Shown piece by piece: positions 48,311-57,636 of a DNA stretch of 64,000 nucleotides. The notes beneath the pieces are model-generated. The model was not told where the DNA came from, made no database searches, and saw nothing but the letters and a program-made list of their open reading frames with translations. The DNA comes from Vicinamibacterales bacterium (GTDB lineage Bacteria > Acidobacteriota > Vicinamibacteria > Vicinamibacterales > CAVVIG01), in NCBI GenBank assembly GCA_050183995.1, contig JBFXAT010000021.1, positions 26-64,025 on the forward strand. The letters are read 5' to 3'. A program made the position numbers and the translations under genes. How positions within the stretch are numbered: position 1 is the first letter of the stretch; each line of letters begins with the position of its first letter.

Positions 48311-50701
48311 TCACCGGTCCTCGTCCTTGTCCTTGTCGTCGTCGTGACCGACTCCGAAGACGCGTGACCAGAATCCGCGCTTCTTCTTCGGCTGCTCCTT
48401 GGCGACGACGGCCGGCTCCGGGGCGACCGGCTGGGGCGGGATCGCGACCGTCGGCAGACTCGCCTCGTCGAGCCGGGTGGGAGCGGACCGTTCCGGCTGG
48501 CCGGTGAAGACGGATGCGATGGCGCCGAAGAGGCTGCGCGACGCATGCAGGTCGCACTCAGTCGTCGGCTCGGTGCCGCTGGCGAAGTACTCGGTGTAGA
48601 CGAGCGAGCGTTCTTCGAGTCGACCATCCTCGTCGACGACCTCTGCGTGGCGACAGCCCTCGACAGCCAGCTTTCCGGACAGGCGGCACACGTTGGCTGT
48701 TGAGATGCCGTCGGGCTGCTTGAACCAGCTGGGCTTCTGCCCCTTCGTCGCCGTCTTCATGAACGATGTCCAGAGCGGAACCGCGACATCGGAGGCGAAG
48801 CCGCCCGGCAGGATGGTCTGCGGCTGATCGAAGCCCACCCAGACTCCTGCAACCAACGACGGCGTGAAGCCGACGAACCACGCGTCGTGATAGTCGTTCG
48901 TCGTGCCGGTCTTGCCGGCGGCCGGCAGCGTGAAGCCCAGGCTGCGCGCCCTGGCCGCGGTGCCCGCGTTGATCACGTCGGCCATCATGTTCGACATGAG
49001 ATAAGCCGTGACCTCGCTGATGGCACGGCTCCCGCTCTCGCGCGCCACGTAAAGGACCGTACCGTCGGTGTCCTCGACGCGGCGAATGAGCACCGGCTCC
49101 GGCACGATCCCGCCATGCGCGAACGCAGCGTAGGCGCCTGTCAGCGACATGAGGGTGACCTCGCCCGATCCGAGCGCGAGCGACGGCACGCTCGGAACGT
49201 CGCCGACACCGAGCGCCTTCGCGTACTGCACCGTCCGCGAGATACCGACATCCTGGAGCAGGCGCACGGCGGCCCGGTTGCTCGACGTGCGCAGCGCCGC
49301 GCGCAGCGTCATCGACTCCGCGTCTGCATGCTCATCGTCCGGAGTCCATTCACCTTGAAGCGTCGGGATCGGGGCGTTCAGGTTCTGAATGAGCGTCGAG
49401 GGCGTGAACCCGGCCTCGAGCGCCGCGGCGTAGACGAACGGCTTGAACGCCGACCCCGGCTGGCGCCGCGCCTGCACGGCACGGTTGAAGTGGCTCTGCG
49501 TGAAGTCGCGCCCGCCCGTCATCGCGTAGACGTGACCGGTCTCGGGATCCATCGCGAGGAGTGCGGCCTGCAGCGGCTGCTCGTCTGCGGGCGCGCCCTC
49601 TTTCAACTTGGGGTTCGCGCGCCGGCGGGTGGCCGCCCTGCGCTCGTCGAGACGCGCCAGGCCCTCGGAGACCGCTTTGTCGGCGGCCTCCTGCATGCGC
49701 ATGTCGATGGTCGCGTAGACGCGCAGCCCGCCCTGGTAGACCCGTTCCCAACCGAAGCGATCGACGAGCTCCCGCCGAATCTGCTCCTTGAAGTACTCGC
49801 CGTGGGCCCCGTCCCCTCGCAGGGCGTCCTGGAGATCCGGCTTCACGGCTCGCGCCGCTTCAGCGGCTTCCTTGTCGAGGGCGCCGGTGTCCCGCATGGC
49901 CTGCAGCACGACGTTCCGCCGGGCCACGGCGCGATCGAGACTGATCGTCGGCGCGTAGGTGGAGGGTGATTTCACCAGACCGGCGAGCATCGCCGCTTCA
50001 GGCACGTCGAGCTCGGCCGCGTGCTTGCCGAAGAACCCGCGCGACGCCGCTTCGACGCCGTAGAGTCCGTCCCCGAAGTAGACCTTGTTCAGATACATCT
50101 CGAGGATCTGGTCTTTCGTGTAGAGCCGCTCGATTCGGGAGGCGAGGAGAAGCTCCTGCAGCTTCCGGCGGATCGTCTTCTTCGACGTCAGCAGGCTCTG
50201 ACGCGCGAGCTGCTGCGTGATCGTGCTGCCACCCTGTGCGAGACGCCCGCGACGGAGATTCACGAGGAACGCCGATCCGATGCGGACGAGATCGAAACCC
50301 TTGTGGTCGTAGAAGCGCTGATCCTCGATGGCGAGCACCGCAGCCTTGAGGTGGGGCGACATCTGCGCCAGCGGCACCTCGATACGCTGTTCCTTGTAGA
50401 TCGTGAAGGCGAACTTGTCCGAATGGTCGTAGATCGCAGTCGCCTGATCCATCTCGCCGAGACGCCGCAAGGCGTCCATGTTCGGCAGCCCCTTCACCAG
50501 GCTGACGGCAAAGGTACCGAGCAGAACGAACAGGATGAGTACCGCGGCCGCGCTGCCGATCGCGACACCTCGAACCAGTCGAGGCCGCGTTGCGCGGATG
50601 CGCTCGAATTCCAGCCACGCGCCGCTCAACCGTTCACGCAACCGATCAGCCCAGTGATGCACGCGTGCAAGCCCTGCAACAGACGATCCATCACCTGGCA
50701 C
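48311..50701 (-). CDS. mrcA: Bifunctional class A penicillin-binding protein (PBP1A-type)
   Basis: GT51 motifs 'EDQRFYDHKGFD', 'GGSTITQQLAR', 'RKLQE'. Transpeptidase 'SAFKPF', 'GKTGTTND'. N-terminal TM segment. Confidence 0.9.
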   Translation of the reverse strand: MPGDGSSVAGLARVHHWADRLRERLSGAWLEFERIRATRPRLVRGVAIGSAAAVLILFVLLGTFAVSLVKGLPNMDALRRLGEMDQATAIYDHSDKFAFTIYKEQRIEVPLAQMSPHLKAAVLAIEDQRFYDHKGFDLVRIGSAFLVNLRRGRLAQGGSTITQQLARQSLLTSKKTIRRKLQELLLASRIERLYTKDQILEMYLNKVYFGDGLYGVEAASRGFFGKHAAELDVPEAAMLAGLVKSPSTYAPTISLDRAVARRNVVLQAMRDTGALDKEAAEAARAVKPDLQDALRGDGAHGEYFKEQIRRELVDRFGWERVYQGGLRVYATIDMRMQEAADKAVSEGLARLDERRAATRRRANPKLKEGAPADEQPLQAALLAMDPETGHVYAMTGGRDFTQSHFNRAVQARRQPGSAFKPFVYAAALEAGFTPSTLIQNLNAPIPTLQGEWTPDDEHADAESMTLRAALRTSSNRAAVRLLQDVGISRTVQYAKALGVGDVPSVPSLALGSGEVTLMSLTGAYAAFAHGGIVPEPVLIRRVEDTDGTVLYVARESGSRAISEVTAYLMSNMMADVINAGTAARARSLGFTLPAAGKTGTTNDYHDAWFVGFTPSLVAGVWVGFDQPQTILPGGFASDVAVPLWTSFMKTATKGQKPSWFKQPDGISTANVCRLSGKLAVEGCRHAEVVDEDGRLEERSLVYTEYFASGTEPTTECDLHASRSLFGAIASVFTGQPERSAPTRLDEASLPTVAIPPQPVAPEPAVVAKEQPKKKRGFWSRVFGVGHDDDKDKDEDR

Positions 50702-50763
50702 CCCAAATTGCCTGGCATTTCGGTTGCAGTGGCCTCTCGCGGAGGTTGTGGGTGCGTAGGACC

Positions 50764-51096
50764 ATGGTCGTGACGCTCACCGTTACACTGATCGGCCTTC
50801 TACCGGCCCTCCTCGGCTGGCGGGCGGGCGGCGAGGCGACACCGAACCGCACGACGGTCCCACGCGTTGCGGTCGAGATCCTGGAAGAGGACGCGGTGGT
50901 GTCGGACTGGGCGAACATCCCGATTCCTCTGCTCGGGACGATTGGTGAGGCCGAGCTCGACCTTGGCCGGCAGGACATGTTCGGCAACGACGTGTCGGAG
51001 GCGGTCGCTACCTACAAGGTCGACGCTGCCGGAACGTTGTACGAGGAGCACGCTCCCGACACCGAAGTTCCTCTGCTGGCGTCACCGACGACGTGA
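50764..51096 (+). CDS. Hypothetical protein (110 aa) with N-terminal hydrophobic segment
   Basis: Internal ATG of listed ORF 50590..51096, chosen to clear the divergent PBP gene. Third-position G/C bias is coding-like. No homology recognised. Confidence 0.4.
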   Translation: MVVTLTVTLIGLLPALLGWRAGGEATPNRTTVPRVAVEILEEDAVVSDWANIPIPLLGTIGEAELDLGRQDMFGNDVSEAVATYKVDAAGTLYEEHAPDTEVPLLASPTT

Positions 51097-51195
51097 AGCG
51101 GGGCCGGGCCTTGTCGACTTGTTGCTCGCGTGTCGCTTCTTGCTCGCGTGTCGTCTGTGCCGCTCACGTCATCGCTCGCTCGTCAGGGGGAGACC

Positions 51196-51717
51196 ATGTG
51201 GATCCGATCATTGCTCGTCACGCCTTTCGTACTCGTCGCGCTCGGTGCCACACCGGCGCCGTCGGCCGCGGCGGACGACATCACGCTCTCCGGCTGTCTC
51301 GTCAAGGGCGAAGGCGATCGCGAGGGCTACCTGCTGCGCAACACATCCGGTGATCCAGCGTGGGAGCAATCGCGCGATCGCAAGGTCGCGCCCAATACGG
51401 TCGGAGCGACGGGCGACTTCCAGGCGATCTTTTACTGGCTGGAAGACGACGATGAACTGCGCGACCACGTCGGTCACCGGATCGAGCTCACCGGCGAGTT
51501 CGAAGGGGATGTGAAGGACGGCGAGATCGAGATGGAGCGCAAGGACGAGTGGACGGAGCTGACCGTGAAGTCGGACGGCCGCCGCATGAAAGCGGTCGTG
51601 CCGAACAGCTCAATCCTGGCGGGGCCGGGAGACGACGAGCGAAAGATCCACGTGCTGGTCAGGAAGGTGGACGTCGAGAAGGTGCGGATGCTCGAGCCGA
51701 CCTGCGGCAAGTCTTGA
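51196..51717 (+). CDS. Secreted hypothetical protein (173 aa)
   Basis: ATG preceded by GGGGGAG. Signal-like 'MWIRSLLVTPFVLVALGATPAPSAAA'. Acidic mature part with one Cys near each end. No family recognised. Confidence 0.55.
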   Translation: MWIRSLLVTPFVLVALGATPAPSAAADDITLSGCLVKGEGDREGYLLRNTSGDPAWEQSRDRKVAPNTVGATGDFQAIFYWLEDDDELRDHVGHRIELTGEFEGDVKDGEIEMERKDEWTELTVKSDGRRMKAVVPNSSILAGPGDDERKIHVLVRKVDVEKVRMLEPTCGKS

Positions 51718-51782
51718 CCCTTGCGGGGCCTGCCGTGGGGCGTGCCGGAGGCGCGTACCCGGGACGTGAGTGAGCTTGGGTT

Positions 51783-51859
<77 letters not shown>

Positions 51860-51958
51860 AAGCGAACGAACGATGACTTTATCAAACCGCGACGCTTTCA
51901 CCAACACTGCCGCCGTGGCGGAGGGACGCGTCGCGTGGTGAGAAGCGGCGTCGCAGCG

Positions 51959-52034
51959 TGGTGGGCGGTACAGGACTCGAACCTGTGACAGCCGGCGTGT
52001 AAAGCCGGTGCTCTACCAACTGAGCTAACCGCCC
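51959..52034 (-). tRNA. tRNA-Val (anticodon UAC)
   Basis: Minus-strand read GGGCGGT-TA-GCTCAGTTGGTAGAGC-A-CCGGC-TTTACAC-GCCGG-CTGTC-ACAGGTTCGAGTCCTGT-ACCGCCC-A-CCA. 76 nt, encoded CCA. Confidence 0.95.
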
Positions 52035-52044
52035 GGCCTGTTCA

Positions 52045-52596
52045 CTACGGCGTCCCTGCTGTCCGCCAAAACACCCCATTATACGCTGCCTTCAGACACA
52101 GCAGCAACACGGCGGCGACGAGACCCGCCGCCGCGCGATACTCGCGATTGGCCTTCGCTTGAGCGAGACTGAAGCGACGCGAGGCCGCCACCGGGTCCTG
52201 CGTGCCGCCGCGCCTGTACGTGTCGTAGGCCGCTCCGAACTTCCCCCGGAGGAACCGTTCTTCGCTCCGAATCGCCGCACCAATCGTCGACGCCAGATAC
52301 AGCAGCACGATCGCGGCAACGGCGATGCTTGCGGAGGCGACCGCCAGGCCGCCGCCCATGATCGCGGACCCGACGTAGAGCGGATGCGCGAACAGGCGAT
52401 AGGGGCCCGACGCCGTCACCTCCCGCGACTTGTTCAGGTGCCCCGACGCCCAGATCCGCAAGCCTTCTCCGAGCGCCGCGATCAGGCCGCCGATCAGCAG
52501 GCTTGCCGCTGTCGGCTGCGCCAGCCAGAACACGATGGCGGCCGAGGCAAAGCCGAGCGGGACGCGCAGACGAGCAAGGATGCGAACGGGATCCAT
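52045..52596 (-). CDS. ICMT/PEMT-family integral-membrane methyltransferase
   Basis: Start at 'MDPVRIL' (52596), sharing one nt with the GT9 stop (TGATG). 'GHLNKSREVTASGPYRLFAHPLYVGS' is typical of isoprenylcysteine carboxyl or phospholipid methyltransferase folds. Confidence 0.75.
   Translation of the reverse strand: MDPVRILARLRVPLGFASAAIVFWLAQPTAASLLIGGLIAALGEGLRIWASGHLNKSREVTASGPYRLFAHPLYVGSAIMGGGLAVASASIAVAAIVLLYLASTIGAAIRSEERFLRGKFGAAYDTYRRGGTQDPVAASRRFSLAQAKANREYRAAAGLVAAVLLLCLKAAYNGVFWRTAGTP
52078..52107 (-). promoter_or_regulatory. Candidate sigma70-type promoter for the tRNA-Val/tRNA-Asp unit, inside the 3' end of the upstream CDS
   Basis: Minus strand has TTGCTG (52107-52102), an 18-nt spacer, then a perfect TATAAT (52083-52078), about 45 nt upstream of the tRNA-Val 5' end. 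Confidence 0.4.
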
Positions 52597-53651
52597 CAGG
52601 GGCGAGCGCTCACGGACAAACGACGATCGACAGCCTCGAGCACCTCGTCGACGCCGATGTCCTCGAGGCAGGGACGTGCGCGCCGGCAGCGCCTGAGATG
52701 ATGGCACTCGCACTGGGCCGCGCGGGAGACACTATCGTGCGACTGGCCGAACGGCCCGTTGCGCTCGGGGCGCGTCGGACCGTAGATGCCGACCACACGC
52801 GCGCCGACAGCGGCGGCGAGATGCGCGGGCCCGGTATCCCCCGACACCATCACCACGGCCGCCCGGGCGAGGCCGGCGATCTCGTCGAGCGAGGTGAGCG
52901 GCGCGACCACGGCCGCGCCGTGCGACGCATCGGCGGCCGCATGGGCGAATGCGCGCTCGCTCGGCCCCCACAGCACGATCGACGGCAGCCCGTGCCGCTC
53001 GCGCAGCCTGCCCGCGAGCTCGCCGAATCGACTGGCGGCCCAACGCTTGTTGGGCCAGGCAGCGCCGACGTTCAGGAGCGCATACCGGCCGCCCACCTCG
53101 GCGATCAGCTCGCGCACCCGCGCGGACACCGGCGCCTCGATGACGAACTCCGGCACGCGGATGTCGAGGCCGAGCGGCTTCAGCAGCGCGAGGTTGACCT
53201 CGACGATGTGCCGGGTTTCGTTCGGCGACGACCATCCGGGACCGCCCGGATCACACGGGTCCGAGTAGAAGAGGCTCGCGAGCGACTCGCGCGCGTACCG
53301 CGCAGAAAAGCCGATGGTGCGTGCCGCGCCCGACAGTTTCGCAAGGACCGCCGACTTGATGAGCCCTTGCACGTCGATGGCGGCATCGTACCGCTCGCGA
53401 CGGAGCTCGCCCACAGTGCCCGCCAACGCGGCCCAGGCCCGCGACCCGCCGCTCTCGATCGTGATCCGGCGATCGACGATCGGACAGAGATCGAGCAGAC
53501 CACGGAACTTGGCCGATACCAGCCAGTCGATCCGTGCGGCGGGCCATGTCCGTCGAAGCGCCGTCGCCACGGGCAACGCGTGCACGAGATCCCCGAGGGC
53601 GCCCAGACGCACGATCAGGAACCGGGGTGACGGGCCGCTAGGGCTGGACAT
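52596..53651 (-). CDS. waaC: GT9 ADP-heptose:LPS heptosyltransferase (WaaC-like)
   Basis: 'RFLIVRLGALGDLVHALPVATALR', 'VSGDTGPAHLAAAVG'. Start uncertain (53651 or 53720). Confidence 0.75.
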   Translation of the reverse strand: MSSPSGPSPRFLIVRLGALGDLVHALPVATALRRTWPAARIDWLVSAKFRGLLDLCPIVDRRITIESGGSRAWAALAGTVGELRRERYDAAIDVQGLIKSAVLAKLSGAARTIGFSARYARESLASLFYSDPCDPGGPGWSSPNETRHIVEVNLALLKPLGLDIRVPEFVIEAPVSARVRELIAEVGGRYALLNVGAAWPNKRWAASRFGELAGRLRERHGLPSIVLWGPSERAFAHAAADASHGAAVVAPLTSLDEIAGLARAAVVMVSGDTGPAHLAAAVGARVVGIYGPTRPERNGPFGQSHDSVSRAAQCECHHLRRCRRARPCLEDIGVDEVLEAVDRRLSVSARP

Positions 53652-54183
53652 CGCGATCTGAGTCGGTGCCGCCCATCGCGGGCGCGGGGCGTTCGGCCTC
53701 GGGCGGAGGTGTCCGCCCATTGGCGATCCGCGCGATCAGCTCGCGCGTCGCATGACTCTTCGCATCGCCGACGATCGCCGTGCGCCCGCCGTACGACTGG
53801 ACGACCGCACGCTCGGGGACCGATTCGACGGTGTAGTCGGTGCCCTTGCAGTGCACGTCGGGCCGCAGGAGCCTGAGCAAGCGCTCGACGGTGCGATCGC
53901 CGAACACGATCACGTAGTCGACGCCGCGCAGCCCGGCCACCAGCTCCGCGCGATCGCCGGCTGTCAGGACGGGCCTGTTCGGTCCCTTCAACGCGGCCAC
54001 CGACTCATCGTCGTTGACCGCGACGATGAGCCGGTCCGCCTCGGCCGCGGCGCCGTGGAGGTAGCGCACGTGACCGACGTGCAGGAGATCGAAGCAGCCG
54101 TTCGCGAAGGCGACCGTGCGGGACGCCGCGCGGTCGTGGGCGACGGCCTCGACGAGCTCGCCCTCCGTGACCACCCTTCCCAT
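53638..54183 (-). CDS. D-beta-D-heptose 1-phosphate adenylyltransferase (HldC / RfaE domain II as a separate protein)
   Basis: Cytidylyltransferase-fold motif 'FANGCFDLLHVGHVRYL', 'VAVNDDESV'. Confidence 0.85.
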   Translation of the reverse strand: MGRVVTEGELVEAVAHDRAASRTVAFANGCFDLLHVGHVRYLHGAAAEADRLIVAVNDDESVAALKGPNRPVLTAGDRAELVAGLRGVDYVIVFGDRTVERLLRLLRPDVHCKGTDYTVESVPERAVVQSYGGRTAIVGDAKSHATRELIARIANGRTPPPEAERPAPAMGGTDSDRDVQP

Positions 54184-55301
54184 CAGCCGCGGGTCCGCCT
54201 GAATCGCCCGTGTTCGGCGCCTGGCTGAGACCGCGCCGAAGGGGAGATGTGGTGATCGGCCTCGACCGCGTCGATCAGCTCCTGTGCCGACACCGTCGCG
54301 GTTCCACGTTTCATCACGACGAGGCCGCCTGCGTAGTTGGCCAGCCGCGCCGCTTCGTAGAACGATGCGCTCGCGGCGAGCGCGAGCGCGAAGGTGGCGA
54401 TCACCGTGTCACCCGCGCCGGTCACGTCGGCGACTTCGTCCGACCCGACGATCGGCACGTGGACCGTCGGTTGGCGAGGCTGGAACAGCGCCATGCCGCG
54501 GCTGCCGCGCGTGATGAGGACCGACTGCATCCCGGTCTTGCGCAGCAGGGTTCGCCCCGCCTGCTCGAGCGCCTCGGGGTCGTCGTCGATGACGATGCCG
54601 AGCGCCTGTTCCACCTCGGACTCGTTCGGCGTGCAGGCAGACAGGCCGCGGTAGTCGAGCAGCCTGTACCGGCTGTCGACCACGATCGGAACGGCGCGGC
54701 CGCGCGTCTTTCGGTCGAGCGCGCGTCGTAACGCCTGCGCCAGCTCCGGCGTGACGAGGCCTGACCCGTAATCGGAGAGCAGGACGGCGTCGCACTCGGA
54801 AATCGCCTCGGCGAGCTTCGACGTGAACGCGCGGCTGACCTCAGGCGCAACAGGCCACCCTGGCTCGCGATCGATCCGCACGACCTGCTGCTTCGCCGAG
54901 TGCACACCGCCGGCGAGAATGCGGGTCTTGACCGGTGTGCGGTACTCCTTTGCGCGAACGACAGGCCTCGTGTCGACACGGCTCGGAAAGCTCGCGATGA
55001 GACGCCGGCCCTCCTGATCGGTGCCGACGAGACCCGCCAAGGCGACCCGCGCCCCGAGCGACGCCACGTTGCAGGCGGCGTTGGCGGCCCCGCCAGGCAG
55101 GATCTCGGTGGCGTCGTACTTCAGGATCAGCACCGGCGCCTCTCGTGAGACGCGCGCCACTTCGCCGTAGATGAACTCGTCGGCGATCAGGTCGCCGACG
55201 ACGAGCAGCCGGCGCGCGCCGAAGGCGTCGACGAGCGACAGCAGTCGCGTCTCGAGCTCGGCTTCGCCGGGCAGCGGATGAACCGATCGGGGAGTCTGCA
55301 T
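54183..55301 (-). CDS. D-beta-D-heptose 7-phosphate kinase (HldA / RfaE domain I, PfkB family)
   Basis: 'LLVVGDLIADEFIYGEVARVSREAPVLILKY', 'GGAANAACN', 'DVTGAGDTV'. Confidence 0.85.
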   Translation of the reverse strand: MQTPRSVHPLPGEAELETRLLSLVDAFGARRLLVVGDLIADEFIYGEVARVSREAPVLILKYDATEILPGGAANAACNVASLGARVALAGLVGTDQEGRRLIASFPSRVDTRPVVRAKEYRTPVKTRILAGGVHSAKQQVVRIDREPGWPVAPEVSRAFTSKLAEAISECDAVLLSDYGSGLVTPELAQALRRALDRKTRGRAVPIVVDSRYRLLDYRGLSACTPNESEVEQALGIVIDDDPEALEQAGRTLLRKTGMQSVLITRGSRGMALFQPRQPTVHVPIVGSDEVADVTGAGDTVIATFALALAASASFYEAARLANYAGGLVVMKRGTATVSAQELIDAVEADHHISPSARSQPGAEHGRFRRTRG

Positions 55302-55308
55302 AGTGACG

Positions 55309-55875
55309 TCAGGCGCCGCTGGCCAGAATCCAGCTCGCGGCCTCGACCAGGTTGTTCACGACTGCGTCGGCGGCAAGCCCCTCCGGAGGGCGATGCTCTT
55401 CGGTGACCCCGTACCCGGTGCGCACCAGCAGACCGCGTCCTCCGAAGGCCCGCGCCAGACCGACGTCCACCCAGCGATCGCCCACGGCGAACGAACGAAC
55501 CGGGTCGATCCCGAGCTCGTGCACCGCGCGGTCCACGAGCGCGCGGCCCGGCTTGCGGCAATCACACGCGACCGCATATCGGGCGATCCGGCCGTCTGGA
55601 TGGTGGGGACAATAGTAATACGCGTCGATGTGCGCGCCGCCAGCCGCAAGCAGGTCGGCGATGTGCGCGTGTACGTCCTGCACGATCGCCTCGCTGAAGA
55701 AGCCCCGCGCAACGCCCGACTGATTCGTGACCATCACGATGCGGACGCCCGCACGATTCAGCGCCTTGATCGCGTCGGTCGCGAACGGGTAGAGGACGAC
55801 GCGCTCGCGGCGGTCCAGGTATCCGACCTCCTCGATCAGCGTGCCATCGCGATCGAGGAACACGGCAGCGCTCAC
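55309..55875 (-). CDS. gmhB: D,D-heptose 1,7-bisphosphate phosphatase (HAD-IIIA)
   Basis: In-frame GTG 55875 (GTGA overlap with the waaF-like stop). 'AVFLDRDGTLI', 'VMVTNQSGVARG', 'CDCRKP', 'FAVGDRWVD'. Confidence 0.85.
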   Translation of the reverse strand: MSAAVFLDRDGTLIEEVGYLDRRERVVLYPFATDAIKALNRAGVRIVMVTNQSGVARGFFSEAIVQDVHAHIADLLAAGGAHIDAYYYCPHHPDGRIARYAVACDCRKPGRALVDRAVHELGIDPVRSFAVGDRWVDVGLARAFGGRGLLVRTGYGVTEEHRPPEGLAADAVVNNLVEAASWILASGA

Positions 55876-56861
55876 AGGCTCGCCCTCGCCTCCTGCGCCA
55901 CGACGGCAGGCGCAATCCCGGTCATGCAGCGGTGCGTCAGCGGACACTCGCGGAGCATGCACGGCCGGCACCAGACGCCGGTGTGGAGCACGCGGGCACG
56001 CACGGGTCCGAGCGGTCGCGTCTCGCTCTCGTTGGTCGGCCCGAACAGCGCGACGACGTCGGTGCCGAGCGCGGCGGCGAGGTGCATGGCTCCCGAGTCG
56101 TTGGTGACGAGAGCCCTGCACCGTGCGAGCACACCGGCCAGCGCCGGCAGGTCGGTGCGGCCCGTCAGATCGATCGCGCCGGCGCCGGTCCTTGCAGTCG
56201 CGCGGACCTCGGCACTCGCCGGCATGTCACCGCGCGCACCGACGAGCACCGTTCGTACGCCGTCGCCGGCCAGCGCGTCGAGCAGCTCCGCGTATGCGGG
56301 AGCAGGCCAGCGTTTGGCCCCGCCGTACGCGGCGCCGGGCGCCATGGCGATGAGCGGCGCGTGACCGTCGGTCCACCCAGCCTCGGACAGCAGCGCGTCA
56401 CCCCGCTCGCGCGCGTCCGGCGTGAGCGTCAGGCGCGGCTCCAGTGGACCTGGCGAGAACCCCAGGGCGGTGGTCAAGGTCTGGTAGTACGCCGCCTGGT
56501 GGACGCGTACGGGAGGCACGATCGCCCGCGTCAGCAAGGGCGCGCGGAGGTCGCGGCGAAATCCCCAGCGCTCCGGCACTCCCGCCTTCCAGACGACCCA
56601 GGCGCTCTGAAACGAATTGGGGAGCAGCAGCGCCGCGTCATAGCGGCCGGCCCTGACACGATCCACGCGCTCGCGGCGGGAGCCGAGCGGCACCGTGGCG
56701 CCCACGCCCGGCACCAGCGTCGCCAGGGGCGCGACGGACGGGCGGGCGGCCAGATCGACAGTGGCCTCCGGCATGGCTCGGCGCAGGTCGGCGATCGCAG
56801 GCAGCGCCATCACGGCGTCACCCAGCCAGTTCGGAACGACGACGAGCACGCGCAGGCTCAC
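55872..56861 (-). CDS. waaF: GT9 ADP-heptose:LPS heptosyltransferase II (WaaF-like)
   Basis: 'VLVVVPNWLGDAVMALPAIADLR', 'VTNDSGAMHLAAALG'. Confidence 0.75.
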   Translation of the reverse strand: MSLRVLVVVPNWLGDAVMALPAIADLRRAMPEATVDLAARPSVAPLATLVPGVGATVPLGSRRERVDRVRAGRYDAALLLPNSFQSAWVVWKAGVPERWGFRRDLRAPLLTRAIVPPVRVHQAAYYQTLTTALGFSPGPLEPRLTLTPDARERGDALLSEAGWTDGHAPLIAMAPGAAYGGAKRWPAPAYAELLDALAGDGVRTVLVGARGDMPASAEVRATARTGAGAIDLTGRTDLPALAGVLARCRALVTNDSGAMHLAAALGTDVVALFGPTNESETRPLGPVRARVLHTGVWCRPCMLRECPLTHRCMTGIAPAVVAQEARASL

Positions 56862-56903
56862 ACCTGACTCCCCGCCTCAGGTTGTGATACGGTTCGAAAT
56901 CCG

Positions 56904-57620
56904 ATGCCCAGCCCGCGTTTCAGCGCTCCGATACCCGCTGATCCTCTTCTCTCGGTTGTCATGCCCGTGTACAACGAGCGTACCACGGTCGAGACGATCA
57001 TCCGGCGCGTCCTCGCCGTTCCCATGCGCATTCAGCTGATCGTCGTCGACGACGGTTCGACGGACGGGACCGGGGAGATCCTGAAGCGCCTGCAGAGCGA
57101 GCTCGACTTCAACCTGCTCACGCAGCAGAACGCCGGCAAGGGCGCGGCGCTGCGGCGCGGGTTCGCCGCCGTGACGGGCGACATGGTGGTCATCCAGGAC
57201 GCCGACCTGGAGTACTCGCCCGAAGAGTACCCGGAGCTGATCGAGCTCATCATCAAAGGACACGCCGACGTCGTCTTCGGATCGCGGTTCCTCGGACGGC
57301 ACCGCGTCTTCATGTTCACCCACTACCTGGGCAACCGCATCGTGACGCTGGCGACCAACGTGCTCTACAACACGATGCTGACCGACATGGAGACCTGCTA
57401 CAAGGTGATGCGCAGCGAGGTGCTCCGGTCGTTCACGCTCGACTCGAAAGGCTTCGGCATCGAACCGGAGCTCACGGCGAAGATCTTCAAGCGTGGGTAT
57501 CGTGTGTACGAAGTGCCGATCACGTACGCCGGACGCGGATACGACGAAGGGAAGAAGATCACCTGGACCGCCGGGTTCGAAGCGTTGTGGGTGCTGATCA
57601 AGTACCGCTTCACCGAATAG
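56904..57620 (+). CDS. GT2-family glycosyltransferase (polyprenyl-phosphate sugar synthase-like)
   Basis: '[18 protein letters not shown]', '[12 protein letters not shown]', '[13 protein letters not shown]'. Confidence 0.85.
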   Translation: MPSPRFSAPIPADPLLSVVMPVYNERTTVETIIRRVLAVPMRIQLIVVDDGSTDGTGEILKRLQSELDFNLLTQQNAGKGAALRRGFAAVTGDMVVIQDADLEYSPEEYPELIELIIKGHADVVFGSRFLGRHRVFMFTHYLGNRIVTLATNVLYNTMLTDMETCYKVMRSEVLRSFTLDSKGFGIEPELTAKIFKRGYRVYEVPITYAGRGYDEGKKITWTAGFEALWVLIKYRFTE

Positions 57621-57636
57621 CGGTTGCCGGGGGCCT

